DNA of 64,000 nucleotides from Vitrella brassicaformis CCMP3155 (lineage: Eukaryota > Protista > Chromerida). Under the pieces are notes generated by a model, which ran no database searches, was not told the DNA's origin, and saw only the letters and a program-made list of their open reading frames with translations. Below are positions 49,684-62,339 of this stretch, one piece after another; the first letter of the stretch is position 1; each line of letters opens with the position of its first letter. The position numbers and the translations under genes are program-made. The stretch is taken from contig CDMY01000656.1 in assembly GCA_001179505.1 (NCBI GenBank), positions 244,471-308,470 on the forward strand, read 5' to 3'.

Positions 49684-51529
49684 CTAAGAATGGCCCCACT
49701 GCCCGTCTGCTATCAATGAATGATCCACCACACACAGAAGGCGGCCTGATAGACCCCACCACCACCACCACCACCACCCAGACACACCCACCTTCTCCTC
49801 ACCACCCAACGCCTCCTGGATGTCCACCCTATCCAGCTTGATGGGCATCTTGTCGGCCAGCAGCCGCCCGGCAGCACCACCCATTTCGCTCCGGATAGAC
49901 AGCTCTGAGGCCTTCGGGAACGGCTGGAGGTGTGTGATGATGGCGGGGTGGGGCGATGGGGTGTTGGCGGGGGGCTGCAAGTCAGAGGCATTCCCGACCT
50001 CCACCGCCGTGGCCCAGTCGAATGAAATGCTCGATGCGATGTCGATGGCCGCTGGGCTGGGGTTGGTGTGCGGGTCGGTGAGGCCGTGCTGATTGGAGAT
50101 GTACTGCACCAATGTGGCCTTGCGTGCCAGCTGCTGCATCATGGTCTTGAATGCGGGTGAGGGGCGGGAGGGGAAATAGGTGTCGTAGAAGATGGAGAGG
50201 TCGAGATCGAAAGGCCGGTTGTGGGGAGAGTGAGTTGAGCGTCCGATCGGCAGCAGGTGACGACCAGCCGGTCCAGGGCCAGCAGGACGGGCAATGTGAG
50301 GCGGCTGATGCCGTCGTGGGCAGCAAAGTGCACGTGCAGCTGCTGAAGCAACTGTCGGCAGCCACGCGTCAGCAGCACCTCCTGAAGGAAAGAGCACAGC
50401 AATTGGAGAGGTCACAAAATGACCCACATCCCCCACTGTACATGTGTGTGCGTTGTGGTCACCTGAAGCCTGTCGATGCCCGCCGGATCGTCACCTTCCA
50501 CCAGGATGGTGCCGATGCGCTCTAAGTTGCTAAGTGGCCCTCCCTGCTGCCCAGCAGATGCCTCAGGGACCCCCTCAAACACACGCGCCCACCCCTCACC
50601 CCCCAACGCCCCGTCGACGTGCTACAGCGAGCGGGACGAGCTGATGATCTGGCCAAAGCTGTCGGGGTGCCATACTTCCTGCCGCACGATGGCGAGCGAG
50701 GGCATCCGCCAGCCCCGGTCGGCCAGCCCCTGATGCTCGCGGGTCAGACCGGCGATGGTGGTGAGCGCGTGGAGGGTGGGGGGCGGATCGAGAGGATCGG
50801 GTTGATGAGTCCTCGGAACGGCCTGCCTCAGCGAGTCGGTCAGCCGAACGCCTTTTTCGATGGTCATGGTCTGCAGGGTCCCGCCGCCCATGTTGGCTGC
50901 ACGTCGGCCGGCAACGTGGCCCTCCACCATGGCCACGAACACGTCCAGACACCACATGGGGAAGCCGTAGGCAAATCGGCCGAAGGGGTAGCAAAGAACG
51001 ACATGCGTCAGCTTCGTCAGGTATGTCGCCCATTCGGTGACCAAACCGATGGTGGTCCTCTCCCAAAACGACCGCTCGTCTTTGTCGGCCGCGCTGATGG
51101 TGAGGTGGTGCTGCTTGCGGGCGGCGTTCTGCCACGTCAGGGGCGGCAACTGCAGCTGCGTGAGCAGAGGAATGGGTAGGAAGGCCATGACGATGCTGAG
51201 GAGACCGGCCTGCACACACCACACAGCACGCGGGACGGTAAGAGATATGCTTCAGGGTGTGCATGCCCTCAGTGCGTCGGGGCCACACTCACCGTGTCAG
51301 CGATTTGTTGCCGAAGGTTGCTCTCCCTATCCTGACGTCGCTGCCGCTCCTCATTACTCTCACCACCACCAGCAGCAGATGCACACGCAGTCGAAGCCGC
51401 AGCAGCAGCCGGCGCGTGCACGGCCTGCACCCATACACCCAACACACATAAACACAGCCAACACCCGCTGGTGAAATGCGCCAGTGCAAGCGGTGGTCTG
51501 ATGCGCCTCACCTGTCTACCCTCCTCCAT
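49684..51529 (-). pseudogene. Lineage-specific family B member with nonsense codon and frameshift
   Basis: Long exon ..FGQIISSSRSL*HVDGALGG..IDRLQ has an in-frame TAG at 50622-50624 with coding-like sequence continuing past it. A frame change near 50210 separates DAQLTLPTTG from FDLDLSIFYD. The 3' end decays into TGG repeats. Confidence 0.7.
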
Positions 51530-51961
51530 GGCTAGATGTAGAACTGATGCAGCGGATTGGCCTCTGTCCGCTGCGATGAGAACAAACTCCAAAGGCTTCT
51601 CTGAGGCGGCGGCTACTTAAGCGATGCTCTCAGTCCCTCCCTGATGCACAAACACACACATCACAATCAGCACATGAATGGCGAACTCCAGGACGGACGC
51701 TCGAATGCTTCTCACTCCCTGCGAGGCGTACCAGGCACAATGCGGGACCTCGGGCGCCCTTCGATGCTCCCCCCCCGCCAGCCCCGATCTTGCGAGCTCA
51801 AGATGTTGGCGTCTTTCGCGGACGGCAGGGTCTCTATGAGAGGCTATACCATCCCTCTTGGCAGATCGCGGCTCTGCTGTGTGTTTTCTTCTTCACTCGA
51901 TCCATCGGAATGGACCGTCCTACCCACGCACAGGCCCCCGCGACTGTCTGCCCGTCGTCAG

Positions 51962-53160
51962 CTACAGACCAGCAATCGCCTCAGCATTGTAGTGGATGTA
52001 GAACCGCCTTAACCTACTCCTCTCTTCGCCCGCTGTCAGCCATCCGTCGAGAGCCTCGATAAAGGCCAGCACGTCACCATCGACCACCGTCTTGTCCCCA
52101 TCGCCGTTGAGCGATGTTCGGATGAATGCCGGTAGGTAGGAAAGAGGAACACCCATCCCCCCACAGCGGCTCAGCTTGGGGGCATCCGCAGCACGCTCAA
52201 GGCCAGCATGACGCCACTCTGACGGCCGGAAGACGTTTGTCAGGGCGAGGGTGCAGTCGATCTTGGCGGTCCGCACGTTGGCCTGCAGCTCCGGGTGGCC
52301 GTGTGGGTGTCGGCGGCAGTAGAGCTTGGCTATCGCACCGGCAGAAGTGCGGTCGTTCAGGCGCAGAGGGTAGCCCCACACGATGGTCGATGTGTCGTCG
52401 CCCGCCCCATCCAGGAAGCCCCTGAGCGCCCCAGCATCCAGGCAACCGCCAGCCTCTCTCGCCAGCAGGGCCACAAAGCCATCAACTACTGTGGCGGCAC
52501 CTCGGCAGGAATCGAAGTCGAAATAGAGCAGGACGCGGGTCGACCGAAGGTATGAGGGGTCTCTGGCATTCACGTCGCCGCGTAGCACGTCGTGAGGCTG
52601 CCGGGGAGGTCATCGAGGGGCAGAATGGTTGGGAGAAGGCTGGCAGGGGCCGAGGGGATGAACGAAGTGACCAGACGCTGGTCGTCTGAGACCGTGATGC
52701 GCCTCACGAAAGGGCCGCATTTGGTCTGGATCAGCTCATACTGCCGGGCGGCAAGCAGGGACATCTCCGTGGTCCTCAGTTGCAGCTTGAGCCCTTCGTC
52801 CATCGCATCGATGTCGTCATCCGTGATGGTCAAAGGCAGCGCATCGATGTCACCCGTCCGATGAAGCATCGCCAAGTAGCCAGACCATCGCTGCAGGCTC
52901 CTCTGCCTCTGGCGGTCCCGCAGCAGGCAGTAGACCACAAAAGTAATGTTGGCATGCCGCTGGACGCCGAAGCCGAGTGTGTTGCTGTCTTCGTCTTGGT
53001 TGAAAGCATCAATGATTTGCCTCAGCTCGGTCTCTGGCGCAATTCCGGTGCGGTAGTCTTGGCGAGCGACAGTTCGGAGCGTTGCGATGGAGTCAATCGG
53101 CAACAGCGCCAACACGGGAGTCTTCAGCACTTGAAGAATGTCAGCCAGAGTCATCGCCAT
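51962..53160 (-). pseudogene. Intronless lineage-specific family C member, split by a one-base frameshift (or sequencing error)
   Basis: ORFs 52570-53187 and 51962-52588 overlap. Adding one C in the CCCC run near 52610 joins ..LPLDDL-PRQPHDVLRGDVNARDPSY.. into one ~400-aa frame. Confidence 0.6.
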
Positions 53161-53336
53161 TGTTCTGTGTATGAATATTTGCCTCAATTGTGGTTCGGAA
53201 AGCGACCGAAAGCATCCGCTCTGGTCGCTTTCCGGCGTTAAACCTTAGCTAAACCATCCGCAGGGTTTCACGTGCAGAGCCCGTTGTAGCCACAAAACAG
53301 CACTCCGACTCATAGCTTTCGCGACTTGGTCGGGCA

Positions 53337-55288
53337 ATGGCTGCCAGCTGTAGTGCCGCAGCCCAGGTGAGCCAAACGAAATCCCTACATCATGACGTGA
53401 ACCATTTGTGCTGTCTGTGTGTGGTTTGTCATTCGGTTGGTGCAGATGAGCGCTGTGATATGGGCGCAGCTGCTGCCCCGGGTAGAAGGCTATCGGATGA
53501 AGCAGGCTCAGGTATCAGCTGACCAACACACATACCAACTCATCCATTCCATGCAGTACATCCAAAGCTCATCGGCTGCTTGCTTGTGTGTGTGTGTGTG
53601 TGTGCGTGGTGCAGGTCAACAGCTGCATTGATCAACTCCTGCAGATGGACACCGCTGCTTCGATGGCACCACTGGTGCGGCAGGCTGCCAAGCAGCACAC
53701 TGACAAGCGCAGCACAAAGGCCTCTGTGTCATGTTGCTCTCGTCTTGGTGAGTTATTTGTCAGGTGGTGGATAAGTTGAGTCGTCAATTTACTGCTGCGT
53801 CGGAGCTGCTGGCCGAGCTGGCAGAGACCATAGACTCGACCATCGCACTGACAAGACATAGCCGCACGCAGGTGGGTGAGTGAGTGACCACAGGCAGGCA
53901 CAAACACAAGACCCACACTGATGTAGTGCGCTTGGCTTATGCGTGTTGTGTGCATGTCCTTCTGTGTGCAATCAGGCCCGACGGTTGCACCTGACTGATA
54001 TCCCTGCCAACGCCATCAGCGTCGTGATGGAACTGTCTGACCTCACCACGGTCGCCCACCTCAAGTCGACAGCCCGACCCATCAGAAATGCCCTCCGGCA
54101 GATCGCCCGCCGCTGTCGGCTGCCGAAGGCCATCGAGCGGACAGGGGTGGGCGGTGTGGTGCAGTTCGACGATCAGCTGAGCCACGGCGATGTGATGAAG
54201 GCCATGTGGGTGATGGAGGAGGGGGGCGAGGGCGGCTGGGGGGAGGTGGGCGACACACTCAGAGTCTCTGAACACTGCGGCTATTACCAGCTGCCGGTCA
54301 CTGTGGGTGCCGGAGACCTGCAGACACACGCCACCAAGGCGGTAAGCACGACACACAGAAGAGGCAATGGGTGAGCTGCTGGATGTGTGTGTGGTCTTCA
54401 TTTAGGGCTTCTTGGCACTGCCCCGTTTCTGTGCGCAGTGGATGCTCGTCGGCCGCCGTGTGGCCTTCCGTCGCCGCACTGGCCAGCCGGACGGCACTCT
54501 CCAGCTGTTCCGCCACAACGATCAGATCCGCGCCATTCGCAATCAGCCCAACTTCACCATCACACTCAACCCGCCCCTCCCCCTCCCCAACCGCCCCGTC
54601 CATCCCTTCTCGCAGCACCCCTTCACCCACCACGTCAAGCCACACGACCCGCCAGTCCGCCACCGCATTGGATGGCACGACAGTGTGGGCTGGGGGACGG
54701 GTTGTGTGAACGGCGGGGGCGTTTACGCATCGGCGAGTTCGACGCTGAAGAGCCTGGTCCTGGCTCACAGGATTGAGGCTCTGGGCGGCTTCACCGACTC
54801 GCCGACAGTGGTGGTGGACCGGTGAGTGGATGGAAGGCACACAATGAGAGGGCGAATGGCTATGTGGTGCGTTGTCGATGTGTGTGTCAGTCGTGTGCAT
54901 GGTGGCCACCTCGACCGCATCATGACCCGATCACCACATACGCCGCTCAATGGATGCTCGGACGTGTTGGCATGGGACGCGGACAGTGGGGCTTGTGGGC
55001 AGCTGCATGTGTTGATGACGTCTGCCGACGCATTCATGGCATGGATTTCCTTCATCATCCCCCCAGGCAACAGCCACGACGGTATGCACACACATTGACA
55101 ACACGTCGGATCATCCGCTCCTCTGTTGTCTGCGTGCAGTCCTCGTCATCATTCATACCAGCGAGGCGCCAGCAGTAGGTGTCCCTCAGGATGCGCCCTT
55201 CGCCCATTGTTTCCCCCTGACGGCCGCCATGGCGCGCCGCGTCCTCGGGCCGATCGCTGCCATCGTGCTCGACGGCCAGGCGCCATGA
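53337..55288 (+). CDS. Lineage-specific expanded-family protein (family A, copy 2)
   Basis: MAASCSAAAQ/MSAVIWAQLL../ARRLHLTDIPANAISVV..GDVMKAMWVMEEGGEGGWGEV..DLQTHATKA/GFLALPRFCAQWMLVG../..VLGPIAAIVLDGQAP*. Paralog of 707-2668 in the opposite orientation. Confidence 0.8.
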
Positions 55289-56042
55289 TCATGAAGGTGA
55301 GAGCCACATAATGGCATGGTGATGCGCGTGTGTCTTAATCCTTTTCTGTATGTTGATGGATGTTGCGCAGGCACATCGGCAGGCTGCACGTGTTGAATAG
55401 AGGGCGTTGCAGGTGGCGTGCTGGCAGTGTCGTGTGCGTCTTTGGCTGACTGTAGTACTGCGGCGAAAGGGCGGCAATGGTGTGGGAGCGATGAGGAGGG
55501 GGCAGGTGTAGGTGGCCGACGGTGGCGGTGGCGGGATGGGCGGTACTGCGGTTGGGGTGAGGTACTTCACCTGATGCGATGTGACGGTACGGCATTCGTG
55601 TGTGGTCGGTGGGTGTACAGTGGAGGGGTGGCAGTCGTGTGGTGTCTATATGCGTGTGTGTAAGTGGAAGTGAGAGTGAGAGTGAGATGGGTGTACTTTC
55701 TTCAGATCAGATCATCTGTGTCAGATACATGTGACCACTGCACCTGGCAGACAGATCGCCCGTTCGTTGACGCATTGCGCTTGTCCAGATCGTCCAGGCA
55801 GTTGTGCTTGCCAGACATGACTGCACGTAGCTGACATACACGAATGGGTCTCTGCAGCTATCGTCTCTGTCGTTCGTCACACCGCTCACACTCGCAACCC
55901 CCGACCAACACGCACACACCAAAAGGGATACCCAGTAGGCTGGTTGGATGGATGAATGGAATCGACAGCAAGCAAAGTGAGGAAGAATGGGCCAGGATAT
56001 ATCTACGCGTTGATATCATGTGTGGCTATGGGTGGTATCTCG

Positions 56043-56489
56043 CTAGTAGTCAGACTCATCGTCCGTCGACTCCGGCTCCTCCTTCAGCTCAGCGTCCTCG
56101 TCGAACTTGTCCACCTTGATGCCCCCCTCGCTCAACGCCTTCCGCAGCTGACGGCATCTGCACACACGATGCAACGCATCAGAGCATCAGACGCATGCAT
56201 GCAGGCGACGCGAATGCATCTGCAACATGTGCGGTGTGTAGCGGTGTGCATGGGCAGCTTACGACATCTTCTCCATGGATTTGACGCCGAGCGTCACGTC
56301 GGACCCCGCCCTCGCCCCCTTGGTCTCGTTGATGTCGCTCTCGTACAATGTGGCCTTGATGAACAGGCCGCCCCCCTCGCTCCCCTCGGCCTTGACCAGG
56401 CCGTACAGCAGGGTTCTGTCCCGCTTGGCATCACGGAAACACCACTTCTCGTGGTAGCGCACGGCGAACCACCGTCGCACGATGCTCAT
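56043..56489 (-). CDS. Small hypothetical protein (~113 aa, two exons, acidic tail)
   Basis: MSIVRRWFAVRYHEKW..KSMEKMS/CRQLRKALSEGG..STDDESDY*. The GTAAG..CAG intron keeps the frame, and codon use is GC3-biased. Confidence 0.65.
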
Positions 56490-56721
56490 TTCTGTTGGCA
56501 GGTGTCAGTATCTTCTGCTCTCTGCTCTTTCTCCGCAGCAATCAGCTCCGTCTGCGCAAATCGCCGCTCTGATTTCGAGACAGCTGGGGGCGGGGGCTTT
56601 CGAGACCCGCGTCTCTCGGCCAGCTCGGCTTGTAAACGATCGGATCTTTTCCGCGAAAAAGGCTCGGTCAGCGTCATCTGTTCGCCTTTCTGTCAGCAGC
56701 AAGAGAGCAGCCGTCATCACC

Positions 56722-59700
56722 ATGAAGTACCTTCTCTGTGTCCTCCCGGCTCTCTTCCTTGCGGCGTCAGCGGCGTTCCTGGCGGATGAGCCGTCCAAGA
56801 ACAGACCTATATCGAAGGTGGGTAGGCTGGGAGGCCGTGCAGCCGACCGGGTGGCCACCTACACACCACGCAGCACACGGCAGACACAGATCAGATCTGG
56901 GGAAGATCAGCCGACACAAAGATCTCTGCAGCAAATCAGATCTGTGCGCCATCCGCTGTGTGCAGGTGGTTGTCCTGCTGAAGGATATGGCCAAACAGCT
57001 GGAGAAGGAGCAGGTACGCACCCACACACACCCTGCCTTCACCACACCACATCCACAGATCTTTGTCATCTCCCGTGTGTGTGTGTGGGTGTATCTTGTG
57101 TCAGGAGGATGATGAGGAGGTGTACGACAAGTTGGCGTGTTGGTGCGAGACCAACGACAAGGCCAAGACCAAGGCCATCGAGAAGGCCGAGGCCAAGATC
57201 ACCGAAATCACCGCAAACATCGAGGAATACACCGCCACCGCAGCAAGGCTCGAAACTGAGATCAAGAACCTACAAGTAAGCCACCCCTACCCACCCCACC
57301 CCACCCCGCACACGCACCCGCACGCAGATCCATCCCTTCTCTCTTTTCGCCTCTCTGTGTGGATGTGTGTGTGTAGGAGGAGATAGCAGCGAATGTGGAG
57401 GCCTTGGCCAAGGCGACGGAGATCCGCAACAAGGAGCACGAGGAGTTCTCAGAGGAGGAGAAGGACATGCTCCAGTCCATCCAGGCCCTCAAGGCCGCCG
57501 TCACCGTCGTCTCCAAACACCACACCGCGCCCCCCGCCGCGCTCGCCTCCCTCTCGACCGTCATCAAGCACCAGCTGCACCGTTACCCCACCATGATCAG
57601 CAGCAAGCAGCGTCGAGCGGTGCTGGCCTTTGTGCAGCGCCAGGACCCCTTCAGCAAGAGCCCGACCTTCAAGCAGCCATATGCACCGCAGAGTGGAGAG
57701 GTTGGCACAGAACCTTACACCCCATGTGTGTGTGCGGTGGATATGTGTGTGTGTGTGTGCGTGTGTGTGTGTCAGATCTTCGGCGTGCTCCAGTCAATGC
57801 AGGAGAGCTTCGAGCAGAACCTCAGCGACGCACAGAAGGAGGAAATGGAGAGACAAAAGGTCAAAAGGGAGAAGGGGCTGGGTGGGTGGAGGCATTGGCC
57901 ATCTCTCTTCTGTGTGTGTCACTGTATCTTTTCACATGTGCAGGCATTTGATGAGTTGAAGGCTGGCAAGGAGGCGGAGATTGCGGCTGCCCAGGAGTCG
58001 GTCGACACCAAGACCACACAACTCGCCGACAACAACGATAAACTCGCTCAGGCAAACAGCGAACGCTCCCAAACACAGGTTACGTGACGGCCGGCCATTT
58101 TGGGTGTGATGGTCAATGCAGGCCAAGGACGAGGACACGCGAAACTCGCTGTCTGCGGACCAAAGGTACCTCATGGACCTCAAACAGAAATGCCAGATGA
58201 CCGACACCGAGTGGGCCGAACGACAGAAGACACGACAGGTCAGATCTGCGCACGCACAGACAGACAGGAAACAGCAGAGGCACGTACTCGTGCGCTCCGT
58301 CAACGCCTGTATGTGTGTATGTGTGTGTGTGTGTGCAGGAGGAGATGCAGGCTGTGAGCAAGGCGGTAGCCATCCTCAGCAACGACGACGCCCACGACAC
58401 CTTCACACGCACATTCAACCCCTCACTACTACAAGTAACCACCCCGCACGCCCTCTCACCCTCCACACATCCTTCTCTGTCACTGTCAGACGTCAGTGTC
58501 TCGCAAGTCGGACCGTCGTGAGCGGGCGGCGTCTGTGCTGCGTGCTGCTGGGAGGGACTTCCACAACAAGCAGCTGACGCAGCTGGCGACAGAGGTGCAG
58601 CTCAGCGCGTTCGGCAAGGTCAAGAAGGCCATCGACGACATGGTCACACAGCTGAAGCAAGAGAAGCAGGACGAGATCAAACACAAGGACTGGTCAGTGG
58701 GTGGGATGGAGCAATGAACGTTTCAAGGGGCTGCGTGCAGGTCAGCGATGGATGTGTGCTGTGCTGTGTTGGTGCGGTGCAGGTGCGTAAGTGAGCTGAA
58801 TCAGAACGAGCGCCAGAACGAGCTCAAGACACGCGACAGGGGCGACCTCAAAGTCAAGACCGACCAGCTGCAGCAGACCATCGAACAACTCACAAAGGTA
58901 CCCACCCCCTCCTCCTACCCCCTACCNNNNNNNNNNNNNNNNNNNNNNNNNNNNNNNNNNNNNNNNNNNNNNNNNNNNNNNNNNNNNNNNNNNNNNNNNN
59001 NNNNNNNNNNNNNNNNNNNNNNNNNNNNNNNNNNNNNNNNNNNNNNNNNNNNNNNNNNNNNNNNNNNNNNNNNNNNNNNNNNNNNNNNNNNNNNNNNNNN
59101 NNNNNNNNNNNNNNNNNNNNNNNNNNNNNNNNNNNNNNNNNNNNNNNNNNNNNNNNNNNNNNNNNNNNNNNNNNNNNNNNNNNNNNNNNNNNNNNNNNNN
59201 NNNNNNNNNNNNNNNNNNNNNNNNNNCCCACACACACACATCCACCCCCCTCTGCGTCTATCAGGACATCGATGTGCTCAACGCCGAGATCGTCGACCTG
59301 CAGAAGCAGATTCAGCGTGCGGGCGAGGACAGAGAGAAGGAAAAGGCCGACTTCCAGACCACCGTGCGGGACCAGCAGGAGACGCAGAAGCTGCTCGCTT
59401 AGGCCATCGAGGTCCTCAAAGCGTTCTACGAGAAGACGGGGGAGGAGCTCATCCAGTCGGGCAGCCAAGACGAGCCCGCCGGTCCCCCGCCGCCACCCGG
59501 CTTCCAGCCTTATGAGAAGCAGGCCGGTGCGTCGGGCATCCTCTCAATGCTGCAGCAGATCCAGAGGTTACACACAGACACAGACAGAGGGAGAGAAAGA
59601 GAGAGACATGATGTGACAGTCATTTGTGTGTGTGCGGGGTGTGCAGTGATGCAGCGTCGATGGAGCAGGAGGCCATCCATGACGAGCAGGATGCTCAGTC

Positions 59701-60068
59701 CGCGTACGAGACGTTTGTCAAGGACAGCAACGCGTCGATCGAGGCCAAGCAGCGGGACATCACCGACAAGACGGAGTTCAAGGCCACCAGTGCAGCCGAC
59801 CTCACTCAGACCAAGGAGGATCACGCCGCCGTCATCACCGAACTCGAACAGCTCGCCAGCTACGCCGCATCGGTCCACCAGGTGCTCATCTAACACCCTC
59901 AAGCACACGCACACACAGGAAGAGACCTTGGTGGGGTGTGTTGGTTACTGTATTCCGTGTCAGGCGTGTGACTTCGTGTTGAAGAATTTTGACATTCGCC
60001 AGACGGCGCGGGACCAGGAGATCGAGGCGCTGAAGCAGGCCAAGGCCATCCTGTCAGGCATGAAGTGA
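56722..60068 (+). CDS. Secreted two-repeat coiled-coil protein of the dinoflagellate-abundant, trichocyst-matrix-like family; contains an in-frame TAG
   Basis: Signal peptide MKYLLCVLPALFLAASAA; RPISK/VVVLLKDMAKQLEKEQ/EDDEEVYDKLACWCETND; second repeat FGKVKKAIDDMVTQLKQEKQDEIKHKDW/CVSELNQNE; ends CDFVLKNFDIRQTARDQEIEALKQAKAILSGMK*. TAG at 59400-59402. Confidence 0.8.
58927..59226. other. Assembly gap (300 N)
   Basis: 300 N inside an intron, flanked by C-rich tracts. Confidence 1.
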
Positions 60069-60979
60069 TCAAGACACACACACACACACACACACGCACA
60101 CGCCTGCGTAGCTCTCCATCGCATACCTGGTCAGCCAGCGAGTGGATAAATCCATTCATTGTACGTGTGTGGGAACGACGTGTTGGTGTCGATGTCGACA
60201 GATGGACAGACTCCAGCTAGACACATAGAGATTGGTCAACCTTGATGTGTGAGCATTCACATCAATGTATGTGTGGACGTGTAAAAGACAACCAACCAAG
60301 CTAAAACAAGTTGCGCCTGTGACGTCAACATTGAGTAGACACTTGAGTCACCTCTGTCCATGCATTCATCCACGAGATGGAGTCGACACGTGTATGCAAG
60401 CCACTTCCTGCCAAACTGACTGACTGACTGACTGACTGAGTGGGCGAACACTGCAACCAAAAAAATAGTGAGACATCCGTTTGTCTGGCTTTGCTCACAC
60501 GGAGACGATTGTCGATGATGCGCTGGGCTGGGGCTGCTCGAGACGGTGGACAGGTGCGATTGTGCACGAACTGGTCGAGACGGTCACAAACAAACACACC
60601 CACCCACCAGTAAGCAAAAGATCAAACACAGCAAGCAAAAGATTAAACGGCACTCGCAAGCAACTCGCAAACACAGTCAGACGGACAGCACATGGACTTG
60701 AATGTGTGTGTGTGTGTGTGTGTGAGTGTCAGCTTATCTGTGTGTGATAGAGTGAGTGGGTATTTGTCTCCAGACGCTAGCCAGAGTTTGCCGGTCGTCT
60801 GCTCCATGCACTCCATCTGCTGCTGGTTGATACAGACACACACAGGGAGAGACGACATGCAGTTGTTTTGGTTGGCTGGCTGTCAGTCTGTCTGTCTCAC
60901 CGATGTTGGAGTGAGGCTTGACTGCCAAACGATGTTGGTGTGGGCGTGTAGAACAATGATTGGCTCTGCAGCCATCACA

Positions 60980-61018
<39 letters not shown>

Positions 61019-62339
61019 GCACAGACACAGAGAGACATGAGTGTTTGCCTGTTTCTCTCTGCCCACATCTCGGAGTGCTTTTCTTGGTCGGATGTGTTCT
61101 TTTCTTGTGCCCTTTCTTCTCCCTTCTTCTGTTATCCCTGTGTCGCTCCTTGGGTGGTCGAATATGGGTGGTCGCTCCTGGGGAGACACATATTCGGCAC
61201 AGCGATGAGCGCTGAGCGATTGCGTCTGAGGGCCAACTTTAACCGATGGAGCAGCAGCTGCTTGAGGAGGTGGACGGTGCAGACAGTGTGGAGATGGCGA
61301 AGCAGACGGGAGAGGCGAGGGAGGGAGGAAGAGACGGACGGATTGATGGTTGAGAGGATCAGTCAATCAGTCTGATCGGTCGATCGTGTGTTTGTGATTG
61401 GTAAAGGACTCGCGATCGGCGGCCGATCTCATACACTCACACACCGTACTGAACGTACAGAACCAACACACCTACGATGCGATGTACTCTGTCTCTCAAC
61501 CCAAAAGACAAAGCAAAGCCCTATATATCGCATGTGCACTTACTAAATCGGCCGCGGAGCTGGAGCGAGTTGGCATGCCTGCCTTTCATGTCACAGGGCC
61601 TCGCTTCTCCTGTCATGGAAGCCAACTGATGACATGACGTTGTGAGGCACTCAAGGACGCTTCGCATGCACTCAGTGACTGTGTGGCTTTGTGTCTCATT
61701 ATGACTTTGGTCTGGGTCCGTCATTAATTAATTGTGTCTCGTTGCTTGCCAGTGCATCGTTGCAGTGAGACACGAGGCGTTTGTACGCAATGTACAAATG
61801 GAAGCGCTCAATTTGATGTGGTACATATGTGGTCACGGCGGGCCAGCCAAGCGCCTGCCGTCTGTCTGTTTGTACCCTCTGACCGCCTCGTATACGTTGG
61901 GGTCGGCAATTCTGAAATCGGCATTCCTGTGCACGGCACTCTTTTGACATGACTGGTTGGGCCATGCGCTTCTGAAACGTATGCGGACAAATGATATTTC
62001 TTTTCTTTTAACATCAATGTGTGTACGTATGTTTGACACCGAACCATACCTGACACACACAGGCTGACTGGTATGCGCTTCTTCTTGGTGTCTGTGGCGT
62101 GGAAGCAGACGAAGGTCCAAACTTCGGGTTGGACCTTCCTTGCATCCTGAGGGTCAATTCTTGGTCTGTATATGCCTGTCTTGGTCCATCCATCCATCCA
62201 TCCATTCATCCATCCAAAGAGCATGTAGACACAACAATTGTCGGTGTCACAGTGCATTGGGAAAAGAGGATGTCGCATCGTGTGTTTCTGTCTCCATCCA
62301 AGCAGACATGTCATGGCAGCTCAAACATACTTGAATGAA

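Noticed and set aside
51962-53187. Intronless split ORF as a transposon or viral remnant
   Set aside because: No RT, integrase, DDE, capsid or terminal-repeat signatures are visible.
58094-58103. GCCATTTTGG, resembling the dinoflagellate spliced-leader core
   Set aside because: Only a 10-nt match, inside an intron, and lacking the flanking CCGTA and CTCAAG.
50622-59402. TAG/TAA reassigned to Gln (ciliate-like genetic code), suggested by in-frame stops at 50622, 59400 and 17198
   Set aside because: TAG terminates clearly complete genes here (rhodopsin 27690-27692, MRS2 13279-13281, small gene 56043-56045), and long exons are otherwise free of in-frame TAG/TAA.
6633-59515. ORFs containing long X runs
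   Set aside because: Artifacts of the three 300-N gaps.
13317-61375. Many ORFs rich in HTHTHT, VCVCVC, RQTD or LSVC
   Set aside because: They are translations of intronic or intergenic CA/TG/GACA microsatellites.
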